64,000 bases of DNA from assembly GCA_035758565.1 (NCBI GenBank), contig DASTXL010000001.1, positions 11,242-75,241 on the forward strand, written 5' to 3'. This stretch comes from Candidatus Saccharimonadales bacterium (lineage in GTDB: Bacteria > Patescibacteriota > Saccharimonadia > Saccharimonadales > UBA10212). A program made the position numbers and the translations under genes. This document shows positions 7,668 to 15,732 of this stretch, one piece after another. The notes beneath the pieces were generated by a model, which saw only the letters and a list, made by a program, of their open reading frames with translations, had not been told where the DNA came from and ran no database searches. Each line of letters starts with the position of its first letter. The first letter of the stretch is position 1.

Positions 7668-9406
7668 GCGCCGACAAGAAAATCCCACCACGTCCCAATA
7701 AGGACACTATTTATATCGATATTGATGACGAGATAACCGGCATCATCGATAAAGTCGAGGCTGCTAAAGCTAAAGTAGTGGCTTTGGTTTTGCCAAAGCG
7801 TTCTACAGCATTACAAAGCATTGTAAATATGCGCTTACTCAAGCGCAGCGCCGATAATGCCGGCAAAAATGTAGTGTTGATAACTAGCGAAGCTGCGTTG
7901 TTGCCTTTGGCTGGCGCGGCTGGACTGCACGTAGCCAAGAGTTTGACTAGCCGGCCAGAGGTTCCGCCCGGACCAGCTGGTGCTACAGCTCCGCTGCCCA
8001 CACCTGAACCCGTCGAAGAAGGCGACGCTATCAAAATAACCGACAATAGCTCGGATACAGATGGCGAGGATCTGCCGAGTAAAATCAGCTACGACAAATC
8101 TATCGGCGAGCTGGCCGAGGCGCACGATATTGAACATCCGGAGACTATTGAACTTGGCGACGAGGAAGATCCGATTGAATCGGCCGCCAAGTCTACCGAA
8201 AAGTTGCCTAAGGCGCCAAAAGATAGAGCCCTTAAAGTTCCTAACTTCGACAAATTCCGCCTGTTTTTAGGCTTGGGTATTGCCGGCCTGATCGCTTTAA
8301 TTATCTTTATTTACCTGGCAGTAACGGTGCTGCCAAAAGCAACAATCGCTATCACAACGACCTCCACTCCAGTATCGGCCAATTTTACGTTGAACGCGTC
8401 CGGTTCGGCCGGCTCATTTAATCCTGACCAAAATACTATTCCGGCATTTTCTAAAACCTCCGATCAAACCACCAATCAGACAGTACAGGCTACCGGCCAG
8501 CAAAATAATGGAGATAAAGCCTCTGGTAAAGTTACGCTGACTCAAGACCCGTGCTCGCACGCCGTAACAATTCCGGCCGGAACTGGCGTGAGTTCCGGTG
8601 GGCTAACCTTTATTACGGGCAAAACTATAACTCTATCGCCGCAAGGCTTTGACTCTTCGGGAAATATTATTTGTAGCGGCGATGTCAGCGTTACTGCTCA
8701 GCAGGGCGGATCAAAATACAATATTGCCGCCGGCTCTAACTTTGCGGTCGCCGGTTATTCTGGTGTTGTTGGCTCTAACAGCGATGCTTTCTCGGGCGGA
8801 ACAGACAATATTCAGACAATTGTTAGCCAATCTGATTTAGATAGCGTAAAGCAAAAACTAACTTCGTCATCCAGCTCTGACAATTATGCTAAGAACTTCG
8901 AGAATCAGCTCAGCCAGCAGGGTTACTACGTGCTAACCTCAACACTTAAGCAAAGCGATCCAGTCGTATCGGCTAGTCCGGCTGTTGGTCAGCCAGCCAG
9001 CAATACCACCGTTACTGCCAAAGTAACCTACACGGTACTGGCGGTTAAGCAGAACGATCTTAAAGCCGCTATTAGCAACGCGCTTAGCGACCAGATTGAT
9101 AAGTCCAAGCAGAAACTTGACGACGACACCGTTCTTAAAGACGCTGATATTACGGTGGCTAACCAGACATCAGACACCAGTGCGGTTTTGAGCGTATCAG
9201 AAAACACCTCAGCGGTGCCGCTAATTGATGCGACTTCTGTTAAGCAGCAGTCTATGGGCAAAAAATCTGGCGATATAACCTCGAGCATTAGTGCTGTGCC
9301 TGGCGTCAAAAACGTTACTGTTAAACTAAGTCCGTTCTGGGTGTCTAAAGTACCGAAAAAACCTAACAAGGTAACCGTAACAATTCAACACATTAATGGA
9401 AGCTAA
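7664..9406 (+). CDS. Bitopic membrane protein translationally coupled to ftsA, unknown function
   Basis: ATGA overlap with the ftsA stop. It has a ~95-aa cytoplasmic N-domain, an acidic/Pro linker, one TM helix (LFLGLGIAGLIALIIFIYLAVTVL) and a ~350-aa Ser/Thr-rich outside domain. Confidence 0.6.
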   Translation: MSADKKIPPRPNKDTIYIDIDDEITGIIDKVEAAKAKVVALVLPKRSTALQSIVNMRLLKRSADNAGKNVVLITSEAALLPLAGAAGLHVAKSLTSRPEVPPGPAGATAPLPTPEPVEEGDAIKITDNSSDTDGEDLPSKISYDKSIGELAEAHDIEHPETIELGDEEDPIESAAKSTEKLPKAPKDRALKVPNFDKFRLFLGLGIAGLIALIIFIYLAVTVLPKATIAITTTSTPVSANFTLNASGSAGSFNPDQNTIPAFSKTSDQTTNQTVQATGQQNNGDKASGKVTLTQDPCSHAVTIPAGTGVSSGGLTFITGKTITLSPQGFDSSGNIICSGDVSVTAQQGGSKYNIAAGSNFAVAGYSGVVGSNSDAFSGGTDNIQTIVSQSDLDSVKQKLTSSSSSDNYAKNFENQLSQQGYYVLTSTLKQSDPVVSASPAVGQPASNTTVTAKVTYTVLAVKQNDLKAAISNALSDQIDKSKQKLDDDTVLKDADITVANQTSDTSAVLSVSENTSAVPLIDATSVKQQSMGKKSGDITSSISAVPGVKNVTVKLSPFWVSKVPKKPNKVTVTIQHINGS

Positions 9407-9806
9407 CGAATACATCGGTGTCGATGTGGGCAAGGCTCGGACCGGTTTGGCCCGAGGTTCAAGATTGGCTCGACTGGCAGAAACCCTGAAAACGGTGCCT
9501 ACAGAACAGGCAATAGCCGAAATTGAAAAACTGGCCAATAAAAACCTGGCCGGCGTAGTTGTGGGCCTGCCCCGCAACCTAAAAGGTGAGGACACCGAGC
9601 AAACCAAGTGGGTGCGCGACTGGGTGGATTCGGCCAAGCAAAAAATCAATGCAACCTTCTATTGGCAAGACGAAGCTTTAACTAGTAAGTTGGCCGAGGC
9701 CAAGATACTTGCTGGAGGGACGGTTAACAACGTTGACTCGTTGGCGGCCCAGATTATCTTGCAAGACTTCTTTGATAGTCCAGAGAGTTTGAGGGTAGTT
9801 TGTTAA
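9396..9806 (+). CDS. ruvX: Putative pre-16S rRNA nuclease / Holliday junction resolvase-like RuvX (YqgF)
   Basis: IGVDVGKARTGLA and VVGLPRNLKGEDTEQT, typical YqgF motifs. 136 aa. Confidence 0.8.
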   Translation: MEANEYIGVDVGKARTGLARGSRLARLAETLKTVPTEQAIAEIEKLANKNLAGVVVGLPRNLKGEDTEQTKWVRDWVDSAKQKINATFYWQDEALTSKLAEAKILAGGTVNNVDSLAAQIILQDFFDSPESLRVVC

Positions 9807-9809
9807 GTT

Positions 9810-10859
9810 ATGGGTAAGTATAAGCTTGAAAACAAGAAAAGGCGTTGGCTGAGTTGGCCTTTGATTATCGCCCTAATAATTATATTGTCACTTATCGGTA
9901 TTGGGGTTGTTAGGATAACTTATTTAGATAACCTTAAACCGGTTTCTAGTTCTACTAACACCGTTGCCTTTACGGTGGAGTCGGGCTGGGGAGCTGATCA
10001 AATTGCCGCAGCTTTGCAAAACCAAGGACTTATTAGAAGCGCCAAAGCCTTTAAGAACTATGTCACTACCAAGGAGTTTAGAACAAATCTGCAGGCGGGC
10101 ACGTATGTATTGAGTCCGTCAATGAGCGTTCAGCAAATTGTTGCCAAGATGGTTAATGGTGAGGTGGCCAAAAACCTGCTGACTATTTTGCCGGGCAAAC
10201 GTTTAGACCAGATAAAAGCCGCCTTTTCCAAAGCTGGCTATTCTGATGCCGAGATCGCTACAGCTTTTAATCCAGCAAGCTACTTGGGCGATTCAGCCCT
10301 GGCCGGCTTGCCGAGCGGCGCTAGCCTGGAAGGCTACCTGTATCCGGATTCCTTCCAAAAATTATCGGACACTCCAGCCGAAACAATCGTGAAAGAATCT
10401 ATCGACGAGATGGGCGCCCATTTGACGCCAACAATAAAGCAAGGCTTTGCCGATCACGGGCTAACGACGTATCAAGGAATAACTTTGGCCTCGATTGTTG
10501 ATCAAGAAACTGACGACCCAAATTACGAACCTACCGTCGCGCAGGTTTTTTTGAAGCGCTTAAGCCAAAATATGCCGCTGCAATCTAATGTAACGGCTAA
10601 TTATGCTGCGGACGTTGCCGGTGTGGCTCGCAACGTGAACATTAATTCGCCATATAACACTTATCTGCAACCGGGTTTGCCGCCGGGGCCAATTGGCAAC
10701 GTTACAGACACCGCACTCAGGGCCGTGGCTTTTCCGTCCAACACCGACTATCTGTACTTTATTGCTGGCGACGATAATAAAATTCACTTTTCTCACACCG
10801 AGCAAGAGCACGAACAAGCCATCGACCAATATTGCCAGAAAAAATGCGCTCAACCGTAG
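9810..10859 (+). CDS. mltG: Endolytic murein transglycosylase MltG (YceG-like)
   Basis: N-terminal TM helix, then EGYLYPDSF, LASIVDQET and PYNTY..GLPPGPIGN motifs. Confidence 0.85.
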   Translation: MGKYKLENKKRRWLSWPLIIALIIILSLIGIGVVRITYLDNLKPVSSSTNTVAFTVESGWGADQIAAALQNQGLIRSAKAFKNYVTTKEFRTNLQAGTYVLSPSMSVQQIVAKMVNGEVAKNLLTILPGKRLDQIKAAFSKAGYSDAEIATAFNPASYLGDSALAGLPSGASLEGYLYPDSFQKLSDTPAETIVKESIDEMGAHLTPTIKQGFADHGLTTYQGITLASIVDQETDDPNYEPTVAQVFLKRLSQNMPLQSNVTANYAADVAGVARNVNINSPYNTYLQPGLPPGPIGNVTDTALRAVAFPSNTDYLYFIAGDDNKIHFSHTEQEHEQAIDQYCQKKCAQP

Positions 10860-10898
10860 TGGCTGGCTCGGTCCCAAGGTGGACGCCACTTACATGTT

Positions 10899-10907
10899 TG
10901 GTATAAT
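10899..10907 (+). promoter_or_regulatory. Extended -10 promoter TGgTATAAT upstream of the LysM/CHAP gene
   Basis: TGGTATAAT at 10899-10907. The first in-frame start listed is TTG 10931. Confidence 0.4.
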
Positions 10908-10930
10908 AAAGAGCGTTGCAAACACCTTAA

Positions 10931-12076
10931 TTGGTCAAGGAGCAACTCATTCGTAAATCGATTTTGAAATCTGTTAAGATGCCACAACTTGAAGGGATGG
11001 GAACCATTCCTAGGTTTAGTCCGTCTAAGCTTAATAAGCGTGCCCGTCGCCAATTGATCAGGCGTAGCCTAATAGCCGGCAACGTCTTATTGCTGGTTTT
11101 GGTTGGTAGTTTCGTATTTTATAACCGTTCGGCGAGTCAAACTGTGCGAGCCAGCACCCTAAACAGTGCTACCGCTACAGCGTCTATGTCGTCTGATCCG
11201 CTTGATCAGCTGTCTTCGTCGCAAATTGCTTTAACTGCAGCCCAAATGGCCGGCTTGCCGGAGCTACCAGCAATTAAAAACACCGCTGATTCAGATAGTT
11301 TATTGCTTGCAGTAGTGCCGAATGATTCAACTGCTCTGGCTAAGCCACAAATTGTGGCTACGGCCGAAAAGTCTAAAGCCGATATCATAACCTACATAAC
11401 TCAGCCCGGCGATACTGTTTCTGCTTTAGCGACAAAATTTGGGGTTACGGCCGATAGTATTAAATGGTCCAACAACATAACAAGTGATTCACTAGGAGCT
11501 GGTGTCAAACTATTTATTCCACCCGTTAACGGTCTTGTATATAAGGTTAAGTCTGGCGATACGCCGGCCAGTCTGGCCACAAGATTCCAAGCCGATCAGA
11601 GCGATATTGTTATTTACAATGATGCCGAGATTAATGGTTTGACACCAGGTGAGCTGATTATTATACCTAACGGTAAGCAGCCAGCCCCAGTAGTTAGTTA
11701 CTATAGCTACAACATCTCAAGCGGATTTGCCTGGGGAAGTGGCGCTATTTATGGAGAAAATGGTTACGATTTTGGCGAATGTACCTGGTATGTGGCCACC
11801 CAAATATCGGTGCCAGCTAACTGGGGCAATGCTAATACTTGGGCTGCTGGTGCTAGGGCGAGCGGCTGGACAGTTAGCCCTACGCCTACTGCCGGCGCCA
11901 TAGCTCAAACGCCCTACGGGGGCGGAGGCTTTGGTCACGTTGGAATTGTAGTGGCTGTTCAGGGCGATCAGGTAGAAATCCGTGACATGAACAACTACGG
12001 CGACGGCGGCGGCTGGGATAGAGTAGGTCAAGGCTGGGTGCCAATCTCTACCTATCCAAACTACATAACTCGCTAG
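10931..12076 (+). CDS. Peptidoglycan hydrolase with 2 LysM domains and a C-terminal CHAP domain
   Basis: TM helix, then LysM repeats (YITQPGDTVSALATKFGV; YKVKSGDTPASLATRF). CHAP-like C-terminus (GECTWYVA...GFGHVGIVVAV). The start codon is uncertain. Confidence 0.75.
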   Translation: MVKEQLIRKSILKSVKMPQLEGMGTIPRFSPSKLNKRARRQLIRRSLIAGNVLLLVLVGSFVFYNRSASQTVRASTLNSATATASMSSDPLDQLSSSQIALTAAQMAGLPELPAIKNTADSDSLLLAVVPNDSTALAKPQIVATAEKSKADIITYITQPGDTVSALATKFGVTADSIKWSNNITSDSLGAGVKLFIPPVNGLVYKVKSGDTPASLATRFQADQSDIVIYNDAEINGLTPGELIIIPNGKQPAPVVSYYSYNISSGFAWGSGAIYGENGYDFGECTWYVATQISVPANWGNANTWAAGARASGWTVSPTPTAGAIAQTPYGGGGFGHVGIVVAVQGDQVEIRDMNNYGDGGGWDRVGQGWVPISTYPNYITR

Positions 12077-12099
12077 CTAGCGATAAATTAAAGACAAGC

Positions 12100-12105
12100 T
12101 ATAAT
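12100..12105 (+). promoter_or_regulatory. -10 box TATAAT, 8 nt upstream of obg ATG
   Basis: TATAAT at 12100-12105 and ATG at 12114. No SD. Confidence 0.45.
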
Positions 12106-12113
12106 TCTAAGTA

Positions 12114-13394
12114 ATGTTTGTTGATAGAGTTGAAGTAGATATCCAGGCCGGCGACGGTGGGGATGGAGCCGTTAGCTTTAGGCATGAAAAGTTTGTCGAT
12201 CGCGGAGGCCCGGACGGCGGCGACGGTGGTAGTGGCGGTGACGTAGTGTTGGTAGCTAGTCGCAATCAAAATACACTGGCCGCTTTTCGTTATCAAAAAT
12301 TGCTTAAGGCCGAGAATGGCGAGCCGGGCAGCAAACGCCGACGTCACGGCAAGAACGCCTCGTCCCTAGAAGTAAAAGTGCCGGTGGGCACAGTAGCTAC
12401 CACTAAAGATGGCAAGGTGCTTGCTGATCTCACAGAGGACGGCCAAAGGCAAATTATAGCCCACGGTGGCCAAGGCGGCTTTGGTAACGCTCATTTTGTG
12501 AGTTCAACTCGCCAGGCCCCACGAGTTGCCGAAAAAGGCGAAAAAGGCGAAGTACTTGATGCGATCTTGGAACTGAAAATGATTGCCGACGTAGGCATCA
12601 TAGGCTTGCCTAACGCTGGCAAATCTACTCTTTTGTCGGTAGTTAGTAACGCGCGTCCGGCCATCGCCGATTATCCATTCACCACGCTTACTCCAAACTT
12701 AGGAGTGGTTGATATTGATGGCAAGCATAGTTTATTGCTGGCTGATATCCCAGGGCTGATCGAGGGGGCCAGCCAAGGCAGAGGGCTGGGTGATGAGTTT
12801 TTGCGCCACGTTGAGCGCACCAGCGTGCTACTCCATCTACTAGACGTTTACAGCCAAGATATTGCCGCCGATTATAAAACCATCATGCAAGAGCTGGCTG
12901 CCTACAAGGTGGATTTATCTAAGCTGCCGCAGATTGTAGCTTTGAGCAAGATTGAGGGTATGGACAAAAAAGAGGTTGAGCAAAAGCTAAAACAACTTAA
13001 AGAAATTGTTCCATCTGGCACTAGTACGGCGGCTGTTTCAAGCGTTAGCGGCGACGGCGTTCAAGCCTTGCTAAGAACAGTACAAAAACAGGTAGAGAAA
13101 ACTAATGCTAAGGCTAAGGCAATTGAGAGTAAAAAGCCGCACCTACCGATTATCGGTTTGCGTGGAGAAAATGAAGCTTGGCGCGTCGAAAAAACCATAG
13201 ACGGGTTTACCGTGCGTGGCCGCAAAATCGAACGTTTTGCCCGCCGAACCCGATTTGGCGAAGAACACTCAGAAGAGCGGCTGCGTGACATTATGCGCAA
13301 GATGGGCATAATGCGCGAGCTCGGCCGCCAGAACATAGAAGCCGGGCAGACGGTAATCTTTGGAGATCCCGAAATCGGTAGAATTGAGTACTAA
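12114..13394 (+). CDS. obg: GTPase Obg
   Basis: MFVDRVEVDIQAGDGGDGAVSFRHEKF..GGPDGGDGGSGG (Obg fold). G1 motif GLPNAGKST. C-terminal OCT-like domain. Confidence 0.92.
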   Translation: MFVDRVEVDIQAGDGGDGAVSFRHEKFVDRGGPDGGDGGSGGDVVLVASRNQNTLAAFRYQKLLKAENGEPGSKRRRHGKNASSLEVKVPVGTVATTKDGKVLADLTEDGQRQIIAHGGQGGFGNAHFVSSTRQAPRVAEKGEKGEVLDAILELKMIADVGIIGLPNAGKSTLLSVVSNARPAIADYPFTTLTPNLGVVDIDGKHSLLLADIPGLIEGASQGRGLGDEFLRHVERTSVLLHLLDVYSQDIAADYKTIMQELAAYKVDLSKLPQIVALSKIEGMDKKEVEQKLKQLKEIVPSGTSTAAVSSVSGDGVQALLRTVQKQVEKTNAKAKAIESKKPHLPIIGLRGENEAWRVEKTIDGFTVRGRKIERFARRTRFGEEHSEERLRDIMRKMGIMRELGRQNIEAGQTVIFGDPEIGRIEY

Positions 13395-13636
13395 TGGGCG
13401 CCGAAGACGAAGACAGAATAATCGAAGATGCCAGGTTTTCATTAGAGTTGACCGAAATGGGTCCTGCTATTGAGGCGGCGATTGATACGGCAACAGAAAG
13501 CACCGATCGGCAAGAAGTTGCAGAATTATTCTGGGAGATAGGAAGAATGTGTCTGATAAAAGGCGAAGCAATTGGAATAAATAGGTTTATTGACTCTGTT
13601 AAGGCTGCGCTGGAAAAGAAAGAAGAGGGCCAATGA
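13394..13636 (+). CDS. Hypothetical small acidic protein, coupled between obg and sbcB
   Basis: TAATG overlap with the obg stop and ATGA overlap with the sbcB start. 80 aa, no recognisable motif. Confidence 0.45.
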   Translation: MGAEDEDRIIEDARFSLELTEMGPAIEAAIDTATESTDRQEVAELFWEIGRMCLIKGEAIGINRFIDSVKAALEKKEEGQ

Positions 13637-15093
13637 CCTCTTTTTATTTTTTTGACCTTGAGACTAGCGGTTTTAGGGCCCGCGCCGACCGCATCATGCA
13701 ATTCGCTGGCCAGCGAACAGATAAAGATTTAAATCCAATTGGTGAGCCGGACAATATTCTTATTAAATTAACCGATGATGTATTGCCGCAGCCGGACGCC
13801 ATTTTGGTAACTGGCATCACGCCGCAAGCTACCCGCTCTGAAGGGATAAGTGAGGCTGAGTTTTTGCAATATTTTACCAGCAAGATTGTTAAGCCAGACA
13901 CGATAATGGTCGGCTATAATAACTTGCGCTTTGACAACGAGTTTATTCGTTTTACTTTGTGGCGCAACTTTTATGATGCTTATGAGTGGAGTTGGAAAAA
14001 CGGTTGTTCTACCTGGGATATGCTCGACGTTGTTCGCATGACTCGGGCGCTCCGGCCAGACGGCATTAAGTGGCCGTTCGCGCCAGATGGCAAACCGAGT
14101 AATAAGCTAGAGTTTTTGTCGGCCGTCAATAAACTAGAACACGCTAATGCCCACGATGCTCTTAGCGATGTTAACGCCACAATTGATGTAGCCCGATTAA
14201 TCAAGCAAAAACAACCTAAACTTTTTGACTATCTTTTAAACCATCGCAGCAAAAAAGATATTGAGCCGCTAGTTACCAGTGGCCGGCCATTTATCTATAC
14301 CAGCGGCCGCTATCCAGGTGATTGGGAAAAAACAACAATTGCCGTGATGGTAGCGCCTCATCCAGATAGGCAAGCAGCTTTGGTTTATGACCTTAGGATC
14401 GACCCGGATGAGTTCAAAGATTTGTCGCCGGCTGAGCTGGCCGAACGCTGGCAGGCGCGCGGTGAGGACGCGCCGTATTTTCCGGTCAAGGTACTGACTT
14501 ACAATAAATGTCCGGCGGTTGCGGGTGATCTGCGGGTCGTCGACAAGAAAACCGAGGAACGGTTAAAGTTGCACATGGAGCTTATCGAAAACCATTTGGC
14601 AAAACTGCGCAAAATAGAAGATTTTGGCGACAAACTAGCTGAGTCTCAAAGATTGATTAGTCAGAAATTCGAACAGCAAGCTTTAAAAGTGGAGGCTCCG
14701 GCCACGGACAGCTTTGCTACTGCCCTTAAAGCTGACAGCGCGCTTTACGATGGATTTATAAATGATGCCGATAAAACTAAGATGAGTGTCGTGAGGGCTG
14801 CAGACGCCAATGAACTTGTGGATTTGAGTTTGGATTTTAGCGACGAACGCCTAAAAGAGCTGCTGCCACTTTATAAAGCACGGAACTATCCCTCGAGTTT
14901 AACACCAGAGGAGCAGGAGTGGTGGGAACAATTCAGGCACCGCCGTCTCATAGATGGTGGTGAAAAATCTCAGGCAGCAAGCTACTTTAAGCGCCTAGGC
15001 GAGCTCGCCGAGCAACCAGGACTAACCGCTGAACAAGGCTACTTACTGGAAGAGCTGCAGCTTTACGGACAATCGGTTCTGCCCAGCACCTAG
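13633..15093 (+). CDS. sbcB: Exodeoxyribonuclease I
   Basis: DEDDh exonuclease motifs FYFFDLETSGF and NLRFDNEF, plus HDALSDV. The ~480-aa length is typical of ExoI. Confidence 0.85.
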   Translation: MTSFYFFDLETSGFRARADRIMQFAGQRTDKDLNPIGEPDNILIKLTDDVLPQPDAILVTGITPQATRSEGISEAEFLQYFTSKIVKPDTIMVGYNNLRFDNEFIRFTLWRNFYDAYEWSWKNGCSTWDMLDVVRMTRALRPDGIKWPFAPDGKPSNKLEFLSAVNKLEHANAHDALSDVNATIDVARLIKQKQPKLFDYLLNHRSKKDIEPLVTSGRPFIYTSGRYPGDWEKTTIAVMVAPHPDRQAALVYDLRIDPDEFKDLSPAELAERWQARGEDAPYFPVKVLTYNKCPAVAGDLRVVDKKTEERLKLHMELIENHLAKLRKIEDFGDKLAESQRLISQKFEQQALKVEAPATDSFATALKADSALYDGFINDADKTKMSVVRAADANELVDLSLDFSDERLKELLPLYKARNYPSSLTPEEQEWWEQFRHRRLIDGGEKSQAASYFKRLGELAEQPGLTAEQGYLLEELQLYGQSVLPST

Positions 15094-15129
15094 AGTTAAT
15101 TAAGAAATCGCATATATTATCTTTATCTT

Positions 15130-15363
15130 TTGTATAGTTCAAAAAACAAAAAATATTATGTAGGCACGACTCCAGATCTAAAGAAGCGATTTCTATCTCA
15201 TAACGCGGGCAAGAATATCTCTAAGAAAGATGGTGTGTCGTGGAAGCTAGTATGCTACGAAGCTTACCCAACCAAAGCCGATGCCACGAATAGAGAACGG
15301 CGCTTAAAACAATACGGTCAAGCTCTGCGGCAGCTAAAGGCTCGAATAACTTTGGTCGATTAA
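15130..15363 (+). CDS. GIY-YIG nuclease family protein (start uncertain)
   Basis: KYYVGTTPDLKKRFLSHN ... ERRLKQ. The in-frame upstream codons read IYYLYLL and look like the first GIY strand, but have no canonical start. The listed start is TTG 15130. Confidence 0.6.
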   Translation: MYSSKNKKYYVGTTPDLKKRFLSHNAGKNISKKDGVSWKLVCYEAYPTKADATNRERRLKQYGQALRQLKARITLVD

Positions 15364-15586
15364 CTCTAGGTGCTGGGTCTGCCGGCAAATTAGTGGCGAT
15401 CGGAAACGAAAAACTATGCAGCCGGCTGAGCTGAACAAATTCTTGTTTAATGATAATTTTTGGCCGGCGGCTAGAAACCGCGACATATGAAAAAACTAGC
15501 ACCAAAACGCTCAACACTATTTCGTTGAAAGTGATTTGGAAGTTGGTGCCAGGAATTAAGCCTAGAACTAAAAAGAAGTTGAGCAT
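15221..15586 (-). CDS. Possible small membrane protein ORF, antisense-overlapping the GIY-YIG gene 3' end
   Basis: GGAGGG SD lies about 10 nt upstream of ATG 15586. The N-terminus has two hydrophobic helices. The C-terminal 143 nt overlap another gene, so the real extent is doubtful. Confidence 0.25.
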   Translation of the reverse strand: MLNFFLVLGLIPGTNFQITFNEIVLSVLVLVFSYVAVSSRRPKIIIKQEFVQLSRLHSFSFPIATNLPADPAPRVNRPKLFEPLAAAELDRIVLSAVLYSWHRLWLGKLRSILASTTHHLS

Positions 15587-15715
15587 ATTATCTCAACCCT
15601 CCGCCTTTAACATTGCTTCTAGGGCAAATTCTACAACTTTATTGCTAATTTATCAATAAGATTTAGATCTCGGCGTCAAAAAAGCCAGACACTGGAAAAA
15701 TCTCTTAAAAATCTG

Positions 15716-15721
15716 TATAAT
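15716..15721 (+). promoter_or_regulatory. -10 box TATAAT (preceded by TG), 11 nt upstream of uvrA ATG
   Basis: TGTATAAT at 15714-15721 and ATG at 15733. Confidence 0.45.
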
Positions 15722-15732
15722 CATTTAGCTAA

